DNA of 64,000 nucleotides from an uncultured virus (IMG/VR IMGVR_UViG_3300025849_000012) (taxonomy: Duplodnaviria; Heunggongvirae; Uroviricota; Caudoviricetes): the IMG/VR virus record IMGVR_UViG_3300025849_000012. One strand, given 5' to 3'. The position numbers and the translations under genes are program-made. The notes beneath the pieces were generated by a model. The model saw only the letters and a program-made list of their open reading frames with translations, was not told the DNA's origin and did not search any database. Position 1 is the first letter of the stretch; the number at the start of each line of letters is the position of its first letter. Shown in pieces: positions 9,003 to 17,340 of this stretch.

Positions 9003-9010
9003 GAAATGAT

Positions 9011-9328
9011 ATGTTTAAATATCTAATACCACTAACTCTGCTTGCAAGTCCAATAGCAGCTCAAGAAGTACCTTTTAATGCGCCTTTTATGGCATCTCAA
9101 CCTTGCTCTGAATTTCCAATTGTTGCTAATGTTATCAGACAAAAAGACGAAGAGATGCTATTTAAAGGTAACGTTATCCAACGCCATATCAGTGACCAAA
9201 TAGTTCCTGCTAAAATGGTATTCACAACAAACCAAGACACGGGAACGTGGTCTTTATTGGCTCTTTTCCCAGGAAATATCGCTTGTCTTATAGCAAGTGG
9301 TGCAGAATTTGAGCCATATGTTGATTAA
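9011..9328 (+). CDS. hypothetical secreted/periplasmic protein
   Basis: Signal-peptide-like N-terminus MFKYLIPLTLLASPIAA; two Cys; AGGA RBS. Confidence 0.65.
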   Translation: MFKYLIPLTLLASPIAAQEVPFNAPFMASQPCSEFPIVANVIRQKDEEMLFKGNVIQRHISDQIVPAKMVFTTNQDTGTWSLLALFPGNIACLIASGAEFEPYVD

Positions 9329-9342
9329 TTTTAAAAAAACTA

Positions 9343-9374
9343 TTGACATTTAAATAAAAAGTATTATATATAGT
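9343..9374 (+). promoter_or_regulatory. probable hsp20 promoter
   Basis: TTGACA at 9343-9348 followed by TATTATATATAGT; the exact -10 register is ambiguous. Confidence 0.5.
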
Positions 9375-9377
9375 ATT

Positions 9378-9431
9378 AGGAATGCCATAATGGGTTCCTT
9401 ACATTAAACTCGCTATAATAGGAGAACTAAA
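9378..9431 (+). promoter_or_regulatory. ROSE-like RNA thermometer in the hsp20 5' UTR
   Basis: Hairpin AGGAA..TTCCT (9378-9399), then CTCGCT-ATAAT-AGGAG (9409-9424), where the UCGCU motif pairs with the SD leaving a bulged G. Confidence 0.6.
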
Positions 9432-9881
9432 ATGAACACACGTACATTTAACGCAAATATGCTTAATGATCCATTCTTTATCGGTTTCGACCGAATGTTA
9501 GACAGAATGACATCAACAACGCTACCAACTACATCCCCAAAATATCCACCTTATAACGTTGTCAAACTAGACGATGATCGCTACGAACTTCAGTTAGCAA
9601 TTGCTGGTTTTGATTACGATGATTTGGATATTTCACGGCAAGATGGTGTATTAACAATTGCTGGTAATAAAGATAATAATGATGATAAAAACTATCTACA
9701 TAAAGGTATTTCAGCACGAAGCTTCAAAAGAGAATTTACATTAATGGATACTATTGAAATCCATGGAGCTGATTTAGATGCAGGTATTTTAACCGTGCAT
9801 TTAGAAAATGTTATCCCAGAAGAGAAGAAGCCACAAAAGATTGAAATCAATCGCGGTGAGCAAGAGCTACTTAAAGGATAA
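9432..9881 (+). CDS. hsp20: small heat shock protein (Hsp20, IbpA-like)
   Basis: FFIGFDR, YPPYNVVK, LAIAGF, YLHKGISARSF, GILTVHL, IPEEKKPQKIEI. Confidence 0.93.
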   Translation: MNTRTFNANMLNDPFFIGFDRMLDRMTSTTLPTTSPKYPPYNVVKLDDDRYELQLAIAGFDYDDLDISRQDGVLTIAGNKDNNDDKNYLHKGISARSFKREFTLMDTIEIHGADLDAGILTVHLENVIPEEKKPQKIEINRGEQELLKG

Positions 9882-9887
9882 ACAACA

Positions 9888-9912
9888 GGAGGGTGAAAGT
9901 CCCTCCATTTTT
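9888..9912 (+). terminator. Rho-independent terminator after hsp20
   Basis: GGAGGG-TGAAAGT-CCCTCC followed by ATTTTT. Confidence 0.75.
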
Positions 9913-9915
9913 CTA

Positions 9916-9944
9916 TTGACATACTTATAAATATGGTATATAAT
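9916..9944 (+). promoter_or_regulatory. consensus sigma70 promoter with an embedded T4 late box
   Basis: TTGACA (9916-9921), 17 bp spacer, TATAAT (9939-9944); TATAAATA at 9926-9933. Confidence 0.8.
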
Positions 9945-9978
9945 AGAATAATAACACAACGTATAATAGGAAAATAAT

Positions 9979-10275
9979 ATGAGAAACTTCGTAGTAAGCA
10001 GTTGGAATGTAGTAATGGATTCTGACCATAACCCACTAAGTAATATAACAAACTTGGCTGTACGCCATATGGTAATGCAAGTATTGGCATGGATGTGGTG
10101 TATTGTATTTGGTATCATTGTCGGCAGTATGTGGGCAGGTATTTTTAGTATGGTACTTCACGTAATTCTACTCGGCGCGGTATTTATTACTGTCGCAACA
10201 TTTGAAACAGCCAAGCGTACACCACAAGTATTTGGACAATATAACGGTCGAGCACAAGGCGGAGAACATGAATAA
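9979..10275 (+). CDS. hypothetical membrane protein
   Basis: Two hydrophobic segments; AGGA RBS. Confidence 0.7.
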   Translation: MRNFVVSSWNVVMDSDHNPLSNITNLAVRHMVMQVLAWMWCIVFGIIVGSMWAGIFSMVLHVILLGAVFITVATFETAKRTPQVFGQYNGRAQGGEHE

Positions 10276-10480
10276 ACAACAAGCAGCTATTAAAGGCTAC
10301 ATGGATCAACTCCAAACATTAATGGAGTCTGGTCCACGTGCGCACCTTGAAGAAAATAGCAATGTTCATTATTTACTATCATGCGCAGGATTATACTTTG
10401 CGCAAATGAACGATGAAGATAGAGATTACTACCAAGCGGTACAAACTGCCATTGAAGATGAATCGGAGTGGAGCGTATGA
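10268..10480 (+). CDS. hypothetical protein (70 aa)
   Basis: GGAG RBS before ATG 10268; overlaps both neighbours in operon style. Confidence 0.65.
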   Translation: MNKQQAAIKGYMDQLQTLMESGPRAHLEENSNVHYLLSCAGLYFAQMNDEDRDYYQAVQTAIEDESEWSV

Positions 10481-10617
10481 GTAACCCAAACGAAGCTGGA
10501 GATACTAAAGGTGCTATATTAGCATTTTTAATCATCGCACTTACTATGGTTGCAATCCCAGTAATCATCGGTACATCAATGGGCTGGTTTAACCTGTTTG
10601 GTATTCTAGGACTATGA
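10477..10617 (+). CDS. small membrane protein (46 aa, not in ORF track)
   Basis: MSNPNEAGDTKGAILAFLIIALTMVAIPVIIGTSMGWFNLFGILGL; ATGA overlaps at both ends; GGAG RBS. Confidence 0.65.
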   Translation: MSNPNEAGDTKGAILAFLIIALTMVAIPVIIGTSMGWFNLFGILGL

Positions 10618-10844
10618 AACCCAATGATAAATTTAAGCTTACAGTACGAGACATTGAATTAATCGAACGTGCTCTACAGGGTAAAATTGGAAGACGTGGA
10701 TTAAGTGTAGCAATGGATCCTGATAGTGTATATGCTACAGAGCTCCAAGAAGAGATTGATGAGATGCGAGATTTGTTAGGTCGTATCCATCATCAAAAAG
10801 TTTGGTACACACCCAAAGATGGTAGATTTCAAGGTGGCGGTTAG
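10614..10844 (+). CDS. hypothetical protein (76 aa)
   Basis: ATGA-coupled to the upstream ORF; last gene before the convergent late module. Confidence 0.65.
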   Translation: MKPNDKFKLTVRDIELIERALQGKIGRRGLSVAMDPDSVYATELQEEIDEMRDLLGRIHHQKVWYTPKDGRFQGGG

Positions 10845-12814
10845 TTCATAATATATGGCAATCCCGGTATCCCAGCTGATGCTCCAGTTGATCCTGTATT
10901 AAGTACATTTACATCATTTTTAGTAACAGCTCCACCTACGGGTGCCATTATTGTTGAACTATTATTTGGTGCATTAACGACTGTAGTATGTGAAGTTCCT
11001 ATAAAATCTTCTATTGTTTCAAAGAACTCTTTATTACCACGATAAGTCTCAATCAATGCATCAAGCAATATACCCTTTTGCTCAGGTGTTCCATGGGTTG
11101 ATACCTCATACATTGCACGACCACCTCTACCATATGCGGCCATTTCCATACTTCTTTGATTATTTTGTGCGCTAGTTTGTACACGCAAACTTTGCCGACG
11201 TGCATGTGCTGCTGAAGCTGAGTTTCTAGCTTTAGTTAAGTGGTTTATTCTTAGTGTTAATCCGTCTGCATAAGCTCCAGCAAAAACATCAGTTTCACCA
11301 ATACCAGGACGCGAAAGATCGTTAAGTTGTTGTTCAGCTTTAGCAATTTCTTCGTTCAACATTTCTAAAGATTTTTTCTCTGTTATCTTTTTACCACAAG
11401 CCCAGTCATAAATGTATCCTGCTACTAATGCACCGGCCATTGATCCTGCCACACCACCAATAATTGAACCAATTAGTATTCCCCATGGCCCTCCAAAGAA
11501 ACCAATAAGTCCACCTATAGCTCCACCTAACATACCGCCTAGAGTCGCGCCAAACCCATCTATGATTAGTCGTTTTCTTATTTCATCGCCAGCTTGTCCT
11601 GGAGGTGCTTTAATCCATATTTTGTATAATTTTTCCATTTCATAAGCACCCCAAATAAAACCAACAGCGCCTGCACCTTTTACAAATCTTTTAAACCACT
11701 TTTCTTGGTTCATTTGTTTTAATACTAAGTCCATTTGATCTTGGGTTAAGTAAGTTCCTGGAGGCCCTTTTCCAGGTCCATTTACTACATTTCTACCACT
11801 TCCATTATTGCCTGAGCCATCAGGATTAATTGATGAGTCATAAATTTGCCTATTTACTGCGCTGTTGCCCATAAAATTTCTGTCACCATAACTACCAAAT
11901 ACTCTTGCGCTAGAGCTATTTAATTTCGCATTTGTTCCTAGAGGTTTAAGGCCTTTTGTAGTATCTACCTCTGGTTGATTTTGATTCATGTCGCCTACGT
12001 CTACAGTATTTTTGTTTACGTCTGCGTCTGCATCTATTGCTGGTTTATTGGTGTCTTGCATTAACAGTTGTCTGTCAGCTTCATCAATTCTTAATTGCCG
12101 AGCTGATTTTACATTGTTTCTGTATTTTGTATCTCCTGGGCCTCTTCTACCTTTGAATACTTTTCTAACTTTGTTGATACCAAATATTGCAGCTATACCT
12201 ACCAAGGCCTCAGATATCCAGTCAAACATATCCATCATTTCATTCATATTTTCTTCAAAATTTAAAGCTATTCTAGATACATTTTCTGCCATTTTTTTCA
12301 TAGTGGCAGGTAAGTCAGTAAGTGCAAACTGTTTAAGAACACTTTCAATATTTTCAAACATACCATCATATTTTGGACCTAAAAACCCTTTCATAAAATT
12401 ATATCCAACAAACGCGCCAAGACCAACTTTTAAAATCCTACCAACAGTACCTAGCAAACCACCTTCAAATGCTTTTCCAATACCACCAATTACTCCTTCG
12501 CCAACGCTCTTCAAGGCGCTTCCTACGTATTGTAAGTTTTCTTTACCTTCTTTTTTGAAATCAGTATCTCTTTTTAAATCAGCAAAATCTCTGTCGGCAC
12601 GTTCTCTTTCTAAACGTTCGTCAGCTGATTTGTCCGCAGTTTGTAGCATTTGATTTTGAGCTCTGATATTTGCAGATATAGATACAAAGGCATCAGCAAA
12701 CTTGTCAAGTCTTACATGCACCTCTCTGCTTGTATCCTCATTAGAACTTCTTACCATTTCTGCATTTTTTTCGAGCTGAGAAATTATAGCTTTTGTATCT
12801 TCTGAAACTGCCAT
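10841..12814 (-). CDS. tape-measure / gp29-like baseplate hub protein
   Basis: 657-aa largely helical protein with a Gly-rich hydrophobic zipper (GGMLGGAIGGLIGFFGGPWG); lies directly downstream of the tube-like gene, gp26 and gp51. Confidence 0.55.
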   Translation of the reverse strand: MAVSEDTKAIISQLEKNAEMVRSSNEDTSREVHVRLDKFADAFVSISANIRAQNQMLQTADKSADERLERERADRDFADLKRDTDFKKEGKENLQYVGSALKSVGEGVIGGIGKAFEGGLLGTVGRILKVGLGAFVGYNFMKGFLGPKYDGMFENIESVLKQFALTDLPATMKKMAENVSRIALNFEENMNEMMDMFDWISEALVGIAAIFGINKVRKVFKGRRGPGDTKYRNNVKSARQLRIDEADRQLLMQDTNKPAIDADADVNKNTVDVGDMNQNQPEVDTTKGLKPLGTNAKLNSSSARVFGSYGDRNFMGNSAVNRQIYDSSINPDGSGNNGSGRNVVNGPGKGPPGTYLTQDQMDLVLKQMNQEKWFKRFVKGAGAVGFIWGAYEMEKLYKIWIKAPPGQAGDEIRKRLIIDGFGATLGGMLGGAIGGLIGFFGGPWGILIGSIIGGVAGSMAGALVAGYIYDWACGKKITEKKSLEMLNEEIAKAEQQLNDLSRPGIGETDVFAGAYADGLTLRINHLTKARNSASAAHARRQSLRVQTSAQNNQRSMEMAAYGRGGRAMYEVSTHGTPEQKGILLDALIETYRGNKEFFETIEDFIGTSHTTVVNAPNNSSTIMAPVGGAVTKNDVNVLNTGSTGASAGIPGLPYIMN

Positions 12815-12821
12815 TTAATTG

Positions 12822-12986
12822 CTACCTTTGTTCGTTCTGTTTCTGTATATAGTTAATTAACATGCCAAAATATAAATCTCTTTCATATGGTACCATACCT
12901 TCAATTTCATCTATGGAATATTTATGGTGCTGAGCCAAAGTGAATACCGTTTGGTAATAATCCGCCAAAGTCGTGTGACTCAGCAT
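12822..12986 (-). CDS. gp51: gp51-like baseplate hub assembly protein (54 aa, not in ORF track)
   Basis: MLSHTTLADYYQTVFTLAQHHKYSIDEIEGMVPYERDLYFGMLINYIQKQNEQR; TAATG overlap with gp26. Confidence 0.8.
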   Translation of the reverse strand: MLSHTTLADYYQTVFTLAQHHKYSIDEIEGMVPYERDLYFGMLINYIQKQNEQR

Positions 12987-13687
12987 TAGATAAAAAAAGA
13001 GTTCATACCCTCCACTGCAAATGTTTTGTCTACGCCGTCTTTATTCGTATATTTTAATGTATGCCTTAGCTTTGGCATTGTTTCGAAAAAGTTTTGTATT
13101 CCTTGAACAATATCAGAAGAAATACCTTCCATAAAATCATCAATTTCTTTTGCCGAATAATCTTTAAATACGTGAACTTCATCATCAGATGCCACTTTAT
13201 CTAAACACGATGTTAAAATAAAGTAATTCAATAAAGGATCCTCTGGGTCTCTATCTCTAATTTTAATGTATTCATCAATAGTAGGGTACTTTAAGAATAA
13301 ACTAAATTCCTCATTAATCTTAACTTTATTTGTATGTGTTTCATCTGTTTCTAAACTTACAGTGCTTAAATCCATAACAAGCTCAATTGTTTCATTTGTA
13401 TCAGGATCATTTAATCCAAATTTAGTTTCGTTACTAACTGATTTAGACCTTAAGTTTAAAATAAGAAATTCTAAATCAAACATTGCCAATGTAGATACAT
13501 CAAAATCAAATAAACAATTGTTTACTACTTGTTTTGCTGCCAATAATTCCTGCATTGGATCGTCAGCTTCTTGTGCAACTAACAAAACCTTTTCTTCTTT
13601 TACCGTGAATGGTCTATACTTTATAGTTTCACCGGTTGATGGCAATGCAAGCTCATAAATCGGCAAATCAATTTTTGGTAAACCCAT
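12986..13687 (-). CDS. gp26: baseplate hub assembly chaperone
   Basis: MGLPKIDLPIYELALPSTG, YRPFTVKEEKVLL, FDLEFL..LRSKSV, FFETMPKL. Confidence 0.88.
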   Translation of the reverse strand: MGLPKIDLPIYELALPSTGETIKYRPFTVKEEKVLLVAQEADDPMQELLAAKQVVNNCLFDFDVSTLAMFDLEFLILNLRSKSVSNETKFGLNDPDTNETIELVMDLSTVSLETDETHTNKVKINEEFSLFLKYPTIDEYIKIRDRDPEDPLLNYFILTSCLDKVASDDEVHVFKDYSAKEIDDFMEGISSDIVQGIQNFFETMPKLRHTLKYTNKDGVDKTFAVEGMNSFFI

Positions 13688-13700
13688 AATCTAATTCTCC

Positions 13701-14468
13701 TTAAATACCGCCAAGGCGGTTTGTTATATTATCAAAGTTATTCGTAATTCGCGTAAATCTGTCTACGCTGTCTTGTACTGATCTAGGTACAATGTTTTGA
13801 CCAATCAACTGGCCAAAGTCTCCGACTGACTCAATAAGACCAAGTAAACCATTACCTCTATTAAATCTGCCTGATGTAATTCCTTGTCGTTCACCTGAAA
13901 ATTCAATTCTGTCATATTGAAAACTTATAGGTAATGTACTATAACTATCATTTGATTCCCAAGCTAAATCAACGTCTCCTAGCAATCCAGGGAATGCACC
14001 ATCTAATATTGTTTCATAATACTTTCCTGTTTTTAGGAAATCATTTGAAAATGACTTAATTGTTAAACGACAACCATAGTCACTTTTATATCCAATTTCA
14101 AATGGTAATGAACCATTGACTTCAGAGTAATTTCCGCCTGAAGTTGAATAGTTAACTACGCGTTGCATCCATGAATGGAAAAATGTTAACACTTGATGGT
14201 TTGAGTCTAACATAAAAATAGCTTGAACAGGTTCTGGGTTCATTGAGGTTGGATACATTCTACGTTGCTGTGCAACAGCTTCATAAGATGTTAGTGCTAC
14301 ACTTAACCCGGGAATTGCCACGTTTTTACAAAAGAACGTTAAATCTCTTGTATCCATACTAGAAGTATTAACTGGGAAATTATTAATTGTTACCTCAAAT
14401 AATGACTGCCTCTGTAATCCGCCAAAGCGATCTATCTGCGATGAAAAATCTTTTATACTGAACGCCAT
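13701..14468 (-). CDS. tail-tube-fold protein (gp54 tube initiator / gp19-like)
   Basis: FFCKNVAIPG, FFHSWMQ, YKSDY, AFP..LGDVDLAWE, ISFQYD. Confidence 0.75.
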   Translation of the reverse strand: MAFSIKDFSSQIDRFGGLQRQSLFEVTINNFPVNTSSMDTRDLTFFCKNVAIPGLSVALTSYEAVAQQRRMYPTSMNPEPVQAIFMLDSNHQVLTFFHSWMQRVVNYSTSGGNYSEVNGSLPFEIGYKSDYGCRLTIKSFSNDFLKTGKYYETILDGAFPGLLGDVDLAWESNDSYSTLPISFQYDRIEFSGERQGITSGRFNRGNGLLGLIESVGDFGQLIGQNIVPRSVQDSVDRFTRITNNFDNITNRLGGI

Positions 14469-14469
14469 G

Positions 14470-15075
14470 TTATCCTCTGATTATCTTTCTTGAGTCTTTA
14501 AAGACCTGTGATTGAGTGGCACCAACAAATCGTGCCGTTGGTAGAAATAAAGCTACATCCCATTCTGTAGGTGATATGTATATCAATCGCGATCTTAGTT
14601 GACCAGTCAAGTAATGTTTTATACATGGTTTAAATTCTTTGAATTTAGACGCACCTGCTAAAGTCTGATAGCTTAATTTTAGTTTAGTTGTTTCGTCATA
14701 GTATTTATTGTTAGAAGTTTCATAAAGTGCATCCATTAACTTAGCTCTTAAAACTGGAGGCAAGTAATGCATGTTAATTCCCATAAAACCACCCTTCGCT
14801 CTATTTATAGGAAATATCAAAGGAAACCGGTCATAATATGGTAAAGTGTCTTTATGTTTAGGATCATAATTAAACATATACATATTACCTAATTCAAACC
14901 TGCCTCTTGCACGTTCTTTACCCATTTCTTTAATCATTTTTTCTGGACGACTCTGTGGCCTAGTAGTATCTTTGGCTTGTTGACGATACCATTCTCTGGC
15001 TGCGTCTGTCCGAGCTGGTATATTACCGCTACGAACACCTCTTAATAAAATATCGTCGAATACTTTTGCTACCAT
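14470..15075 (-). CDS. gp2: DNA end protector protein
   Basis: MYMFNYDPKHKDTLPYYDRFPLIFP, GINMHYL, PCIKHYL, EWDVALFLP. Confidence 0.9.
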   Translation of the reverse strand: MVAKVFDDILLRGVRSGNIPARTDAAREWYRQQAKDTTRPQSRPEKMIKEMGKERARGRFELGNMYMFNYDPKHKDTLPYYDRFPLIFPINRAKGGFMGINMHYLPPVLRAKLMDALYETSNNKYYDETTKLKLSYQTLAGASKFKEFKPCIKHYLTGQLRSRLIYISPTEWDVALFLPTARFVGATQSQVFKDSRKIIRG

Positions 15076-15530
15076 TACTTCAATCCTAGTTCGTGCTCTG
15101 TGTAAATTTCAAAAGCCCAACCACGGTCAGCACAGAATTTTCTAGCTGCTTTCCATTTTGCTTCGTTAATGCCATATGTTTTTACCTCGTTTAGGTATCT
15201 GCGTGATACCCGCCCTTTGCCTGTTTTCATTTTACTTCTGTCTGGCGGTTTAGTTTGCGCCTTTGGTTTAATTTCAATCATCAAAGTTTTCTGTTCACCA
15301 CTCGCTATTTTCCTATGAACAATAACATCAGGAAAATACCTATGTCTTCTACCATCAATTGGCGACATATATGGTATTACTACCTCTTCGCTTTGCCACC
15401 ATATAACATCAGGATGTTCATCTACATAACGAAAAAACTTGAATTCCCACATGGAACGATAAATAATCTTTGTCGGATCACCCTTATATTTAGTTGGGTT
15501 TTTTGGTCGAAACCTACCGCTGTATGCCAA
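15075..15530 (-). CDS. gp4: head completion nuclease (TnsA-like PD-(D/E)xK)
   Basis: AYSGRFRPKNP.KYKGDP, YRSMWE, HRYFPD, EIKP, NEAKW. The likely start is TTG 15530 after GAGGT (track start is 15542). Confidence 0.9.
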   Translation of the reverse strand: MAYSGRFRPKNPTKYKGDPTKIIYRSMWEFKFFRYVDEHPDVIWWQSEEVVIPYMSPIDGRRHRYFPDVIVHRKIASGEQKTLMIEIKPKAQTKPPDRSKMKTGKGRVSRRYLNEVKTYGINEAKWKAARKFCADRGWAFEIYTEHELGLK

Positions 15531-15549
15531 ATCGTACCTCATAATTTAG

Positions 15550-15557
15550 TATAAATA
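15550..15557 (+). promoter_or_regulatory. T4-type late promoter driving the gp48 operon
   Basis: TATAAATA in the intergenic gap. Confidence 0.75.
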
Positions 15558-15568
15558 GAATAATAAAC

Positions 15569-15576
15569 TATTTATA
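15569..15576 (-). promoter_or_regulatory. T4-type late promoter driving the gp4 operon
   Basis: TATTTATA on + equals TATAAATA on -. Confidence 0.7.
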
Positions 15577-15596
15577 ATCCAGCGACAGGAAATTTC

Positions 15597-16703
15597 ATGC
15601 CTATTAACTTAAGACGTGTCGAAACATATAGAAGAAGAAAAGAACAGAGATTCACAACCTCTTATCAGAGTTTTCCAGAGCAACCTCATGCTCACAGTTG
15701 TTTATTGGTATTTAAAGATTATAATTATCAAGCGATTTTATCTCCTACTGAAGAAGCTAAGCGTAAAGGAAATTTAAATTTTACAGATCCATTAAGAACT
15801 CCATTTGTTCAACCTTTCAATGGACGGACTAGTGGAGCTACGTTAAGAAGCACTAATGCAATTGAATTACCTTTTCCAAAAAACTTGCAAGACAATACAG
15901 GATTGCGCGTTAATGGATTTGAAAGAGGTCCATTCCAAGAGGCAATTGCTAGTAAACTTAATGAGTTTATTGAAGGTAAAGGCAAGCTTACTGCGAGAGA
16001 TATACCTAAACTAATAGAAAGTGCTGGTGCTGGAGTACGAGGTGGATTAGAAGGTTTATTTACAGGTGGAGGCAGTGAAATTATAGAATCTCTGCTTGGT
16101 ACTGATATTAAAAAGGTTGCATCGGCAGCTCAGTACCTACTAAGAAACACTCAATTATTTAGTGGTTTAACAAAATCTATTGACTTAGTTACAGGGCAGA
16201 CAATTAACCCTCGCGAAACTTTAGCTTTTGAAGGTGTAAATTTAAGAACACATAACTTTTCTTGGGAATTGTTTCCAAACAGTCCTGGAGATTCACAAAG
16301 AATTAAAAACATAACTAATATGATTAAGCGAAAATCTTTACCTGAAGTAGGTCACTTAACTGGCATACCAAAGGCGTTTTTAGAATATCCATCTATTGTT
16401 GAAGTATACTTGTTAGGTATTCAATCTGACCATTGGATTAAATATAAAAGTTCAATGATAACAGAAATGCAAGTAGACTATGGCGCTGCAGGAGGAGTTT
16501 CAATTATGAAAGGTGGTAAACCTGGCGCTGTACAACTTTCAATGACTATGTCAGAATTAGAAATTGAAACAGCGCATGATTATGGAGCTGAAGTTAATGC
16601 AGATGATTCAGACGACAATAAAGCAATAGAAAATTCAATCCAAGAAGCTAGAGCAGCTTCAGCAGCTGCAGCTGATAATTTGACTAGTGCAGGAGCAGGT
16701 TAA
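15597..16703 (+). CDS. gp48: baseplate tail-tube cap
   Basis: IELPFP, INPRETLAFEGVNLRTHNFSWELFP, FLEYP, VDYG, MSELEI. Confidence 0.8.
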   Translation: MPINLRRVETYRRRKEQRFTTSYQSFPEQPHAHSCLLVFKDYNYQAILSPTEEAKRKGNLNFTDPLRTPFVQPFNGRTSGATLRSTNAIELPFPKNLQDNTGLRVNGFERGPFQEAIASKLNEFIEGKGKLTARDIPKLIESAGAGVRGGLEGLFTGGGSEIIESLLGTDIKKVASAAQYLLRNTQLFSGLTKSIDLVTGQTINPRETLAFEGVNLRTHNFSWELFPNSPGDSQRIKNITNMIKRKSLPEVGHLTGIPKAFLEYPSIVEVYLLGIQSDHWIKYKSSMITEMQVDYGAAGGVSIMKGGKPGAVQLSMTMSELEIETAHDYGAEVNADDSDDNKAIENSIQEARAASAAAADNLTSAGAG

Positions 16704-17078
16704 ATGGCAAAATATTTTGAAAACTTTCCTTTAGTAGAATATGAAGGCAAATTAGTACGAGACATTACTCGACGTACTAACTTTACAAAAGAAGTTTCTA
16801 ATAACCCTTTAATGTATTTACCATATACTGTTAAAGAAGGCGAGAGACCAGAAGACATTGCTGAATTTTACTATGGCAGTGTCGATTACACATGGGTTGT
16901 ATATTATTCAAATTCTATACTTGACCCATATCACCAATGGCCTAAATCAGAACAAGACTTTAATAACTATTTAATTGCAAAGTATGGTGAAGCCTCAGGA
17001 TTAGTTGGTGAAGATATTGTTGATTGGACAAAAGATGATAACCCTGAAAATATTCTATACTATTATAAAGAGGTATAA
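16704..17078 (+). CDS. gp53: baseplate wedge gp53, N-terminal (LysM-like) part
   Basis: MAKYFENFP, YTVKEGERPEDIAEFYYG, WVV...ILDPYHQWP. Confidence 0.85.
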   Translation: MAKYFENFPLVEYEGKLVRDITRRTNFTKEVSNNPLMYLPYTVKEGERPEDIAEFYYGSVDYTWVVYYSNSILDPYHQWPKSEQDFNNYLIAKYGEASGLVGEDIVDWTKDDNPENILYYYKEV

Positions 17079-17082
17079 CTAA

Positions 17083-17340
17083 ATGGCAGTTGATATTGTT
17101 AAACTCGCTCCCGAGTCATTCCGAACGATTTATTTACGTAAGGAAGACCGGATTATTTTACGTACAGAACAGGGTCGTAAGATTATTATTAAACGTATTA
17201 TTCCAAGTGAATGGAAACCTTGGAGGGTTTACGATCAGGAATTAGCTGATAACAATAATAAAAAAGAAATCTTTTTGGTGGATAACGCTTATTTACCACA
17301 AGTTACAGATTCGTTTAGAAAGAAAATGCGTAGCAAATAA
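17083..17340 (+). CDS. gp53 C-terminal-like fragment encoded as a separate gene
   Basis: YDQELADNNNKKEIFLVDNAYLPQV resembles the gp53 C-terminus; has its own GAGGT RBS. Confidence 0.6.
   Translation: MAVDIVKLAPESFRTIYLRKEDRIILRTEQGRKIIIKRIIPSEWKPWRVYDQELADNNNKKEIFLVDNAYLPQVTDSFRKKMRSK

Noticed and set aside
11412..12653. Plus-strand ORFs 11412-11645 and 11988-12653
   Set aside because: Antisense to the tape-measure-like gene with shadow composition.
15075..15542. TnsA-like nuclease as a transposon or homing element
   Set aside because: It is the conserved gp4 head completion gene next to gp2, with no transposase partners or terminal repeats.
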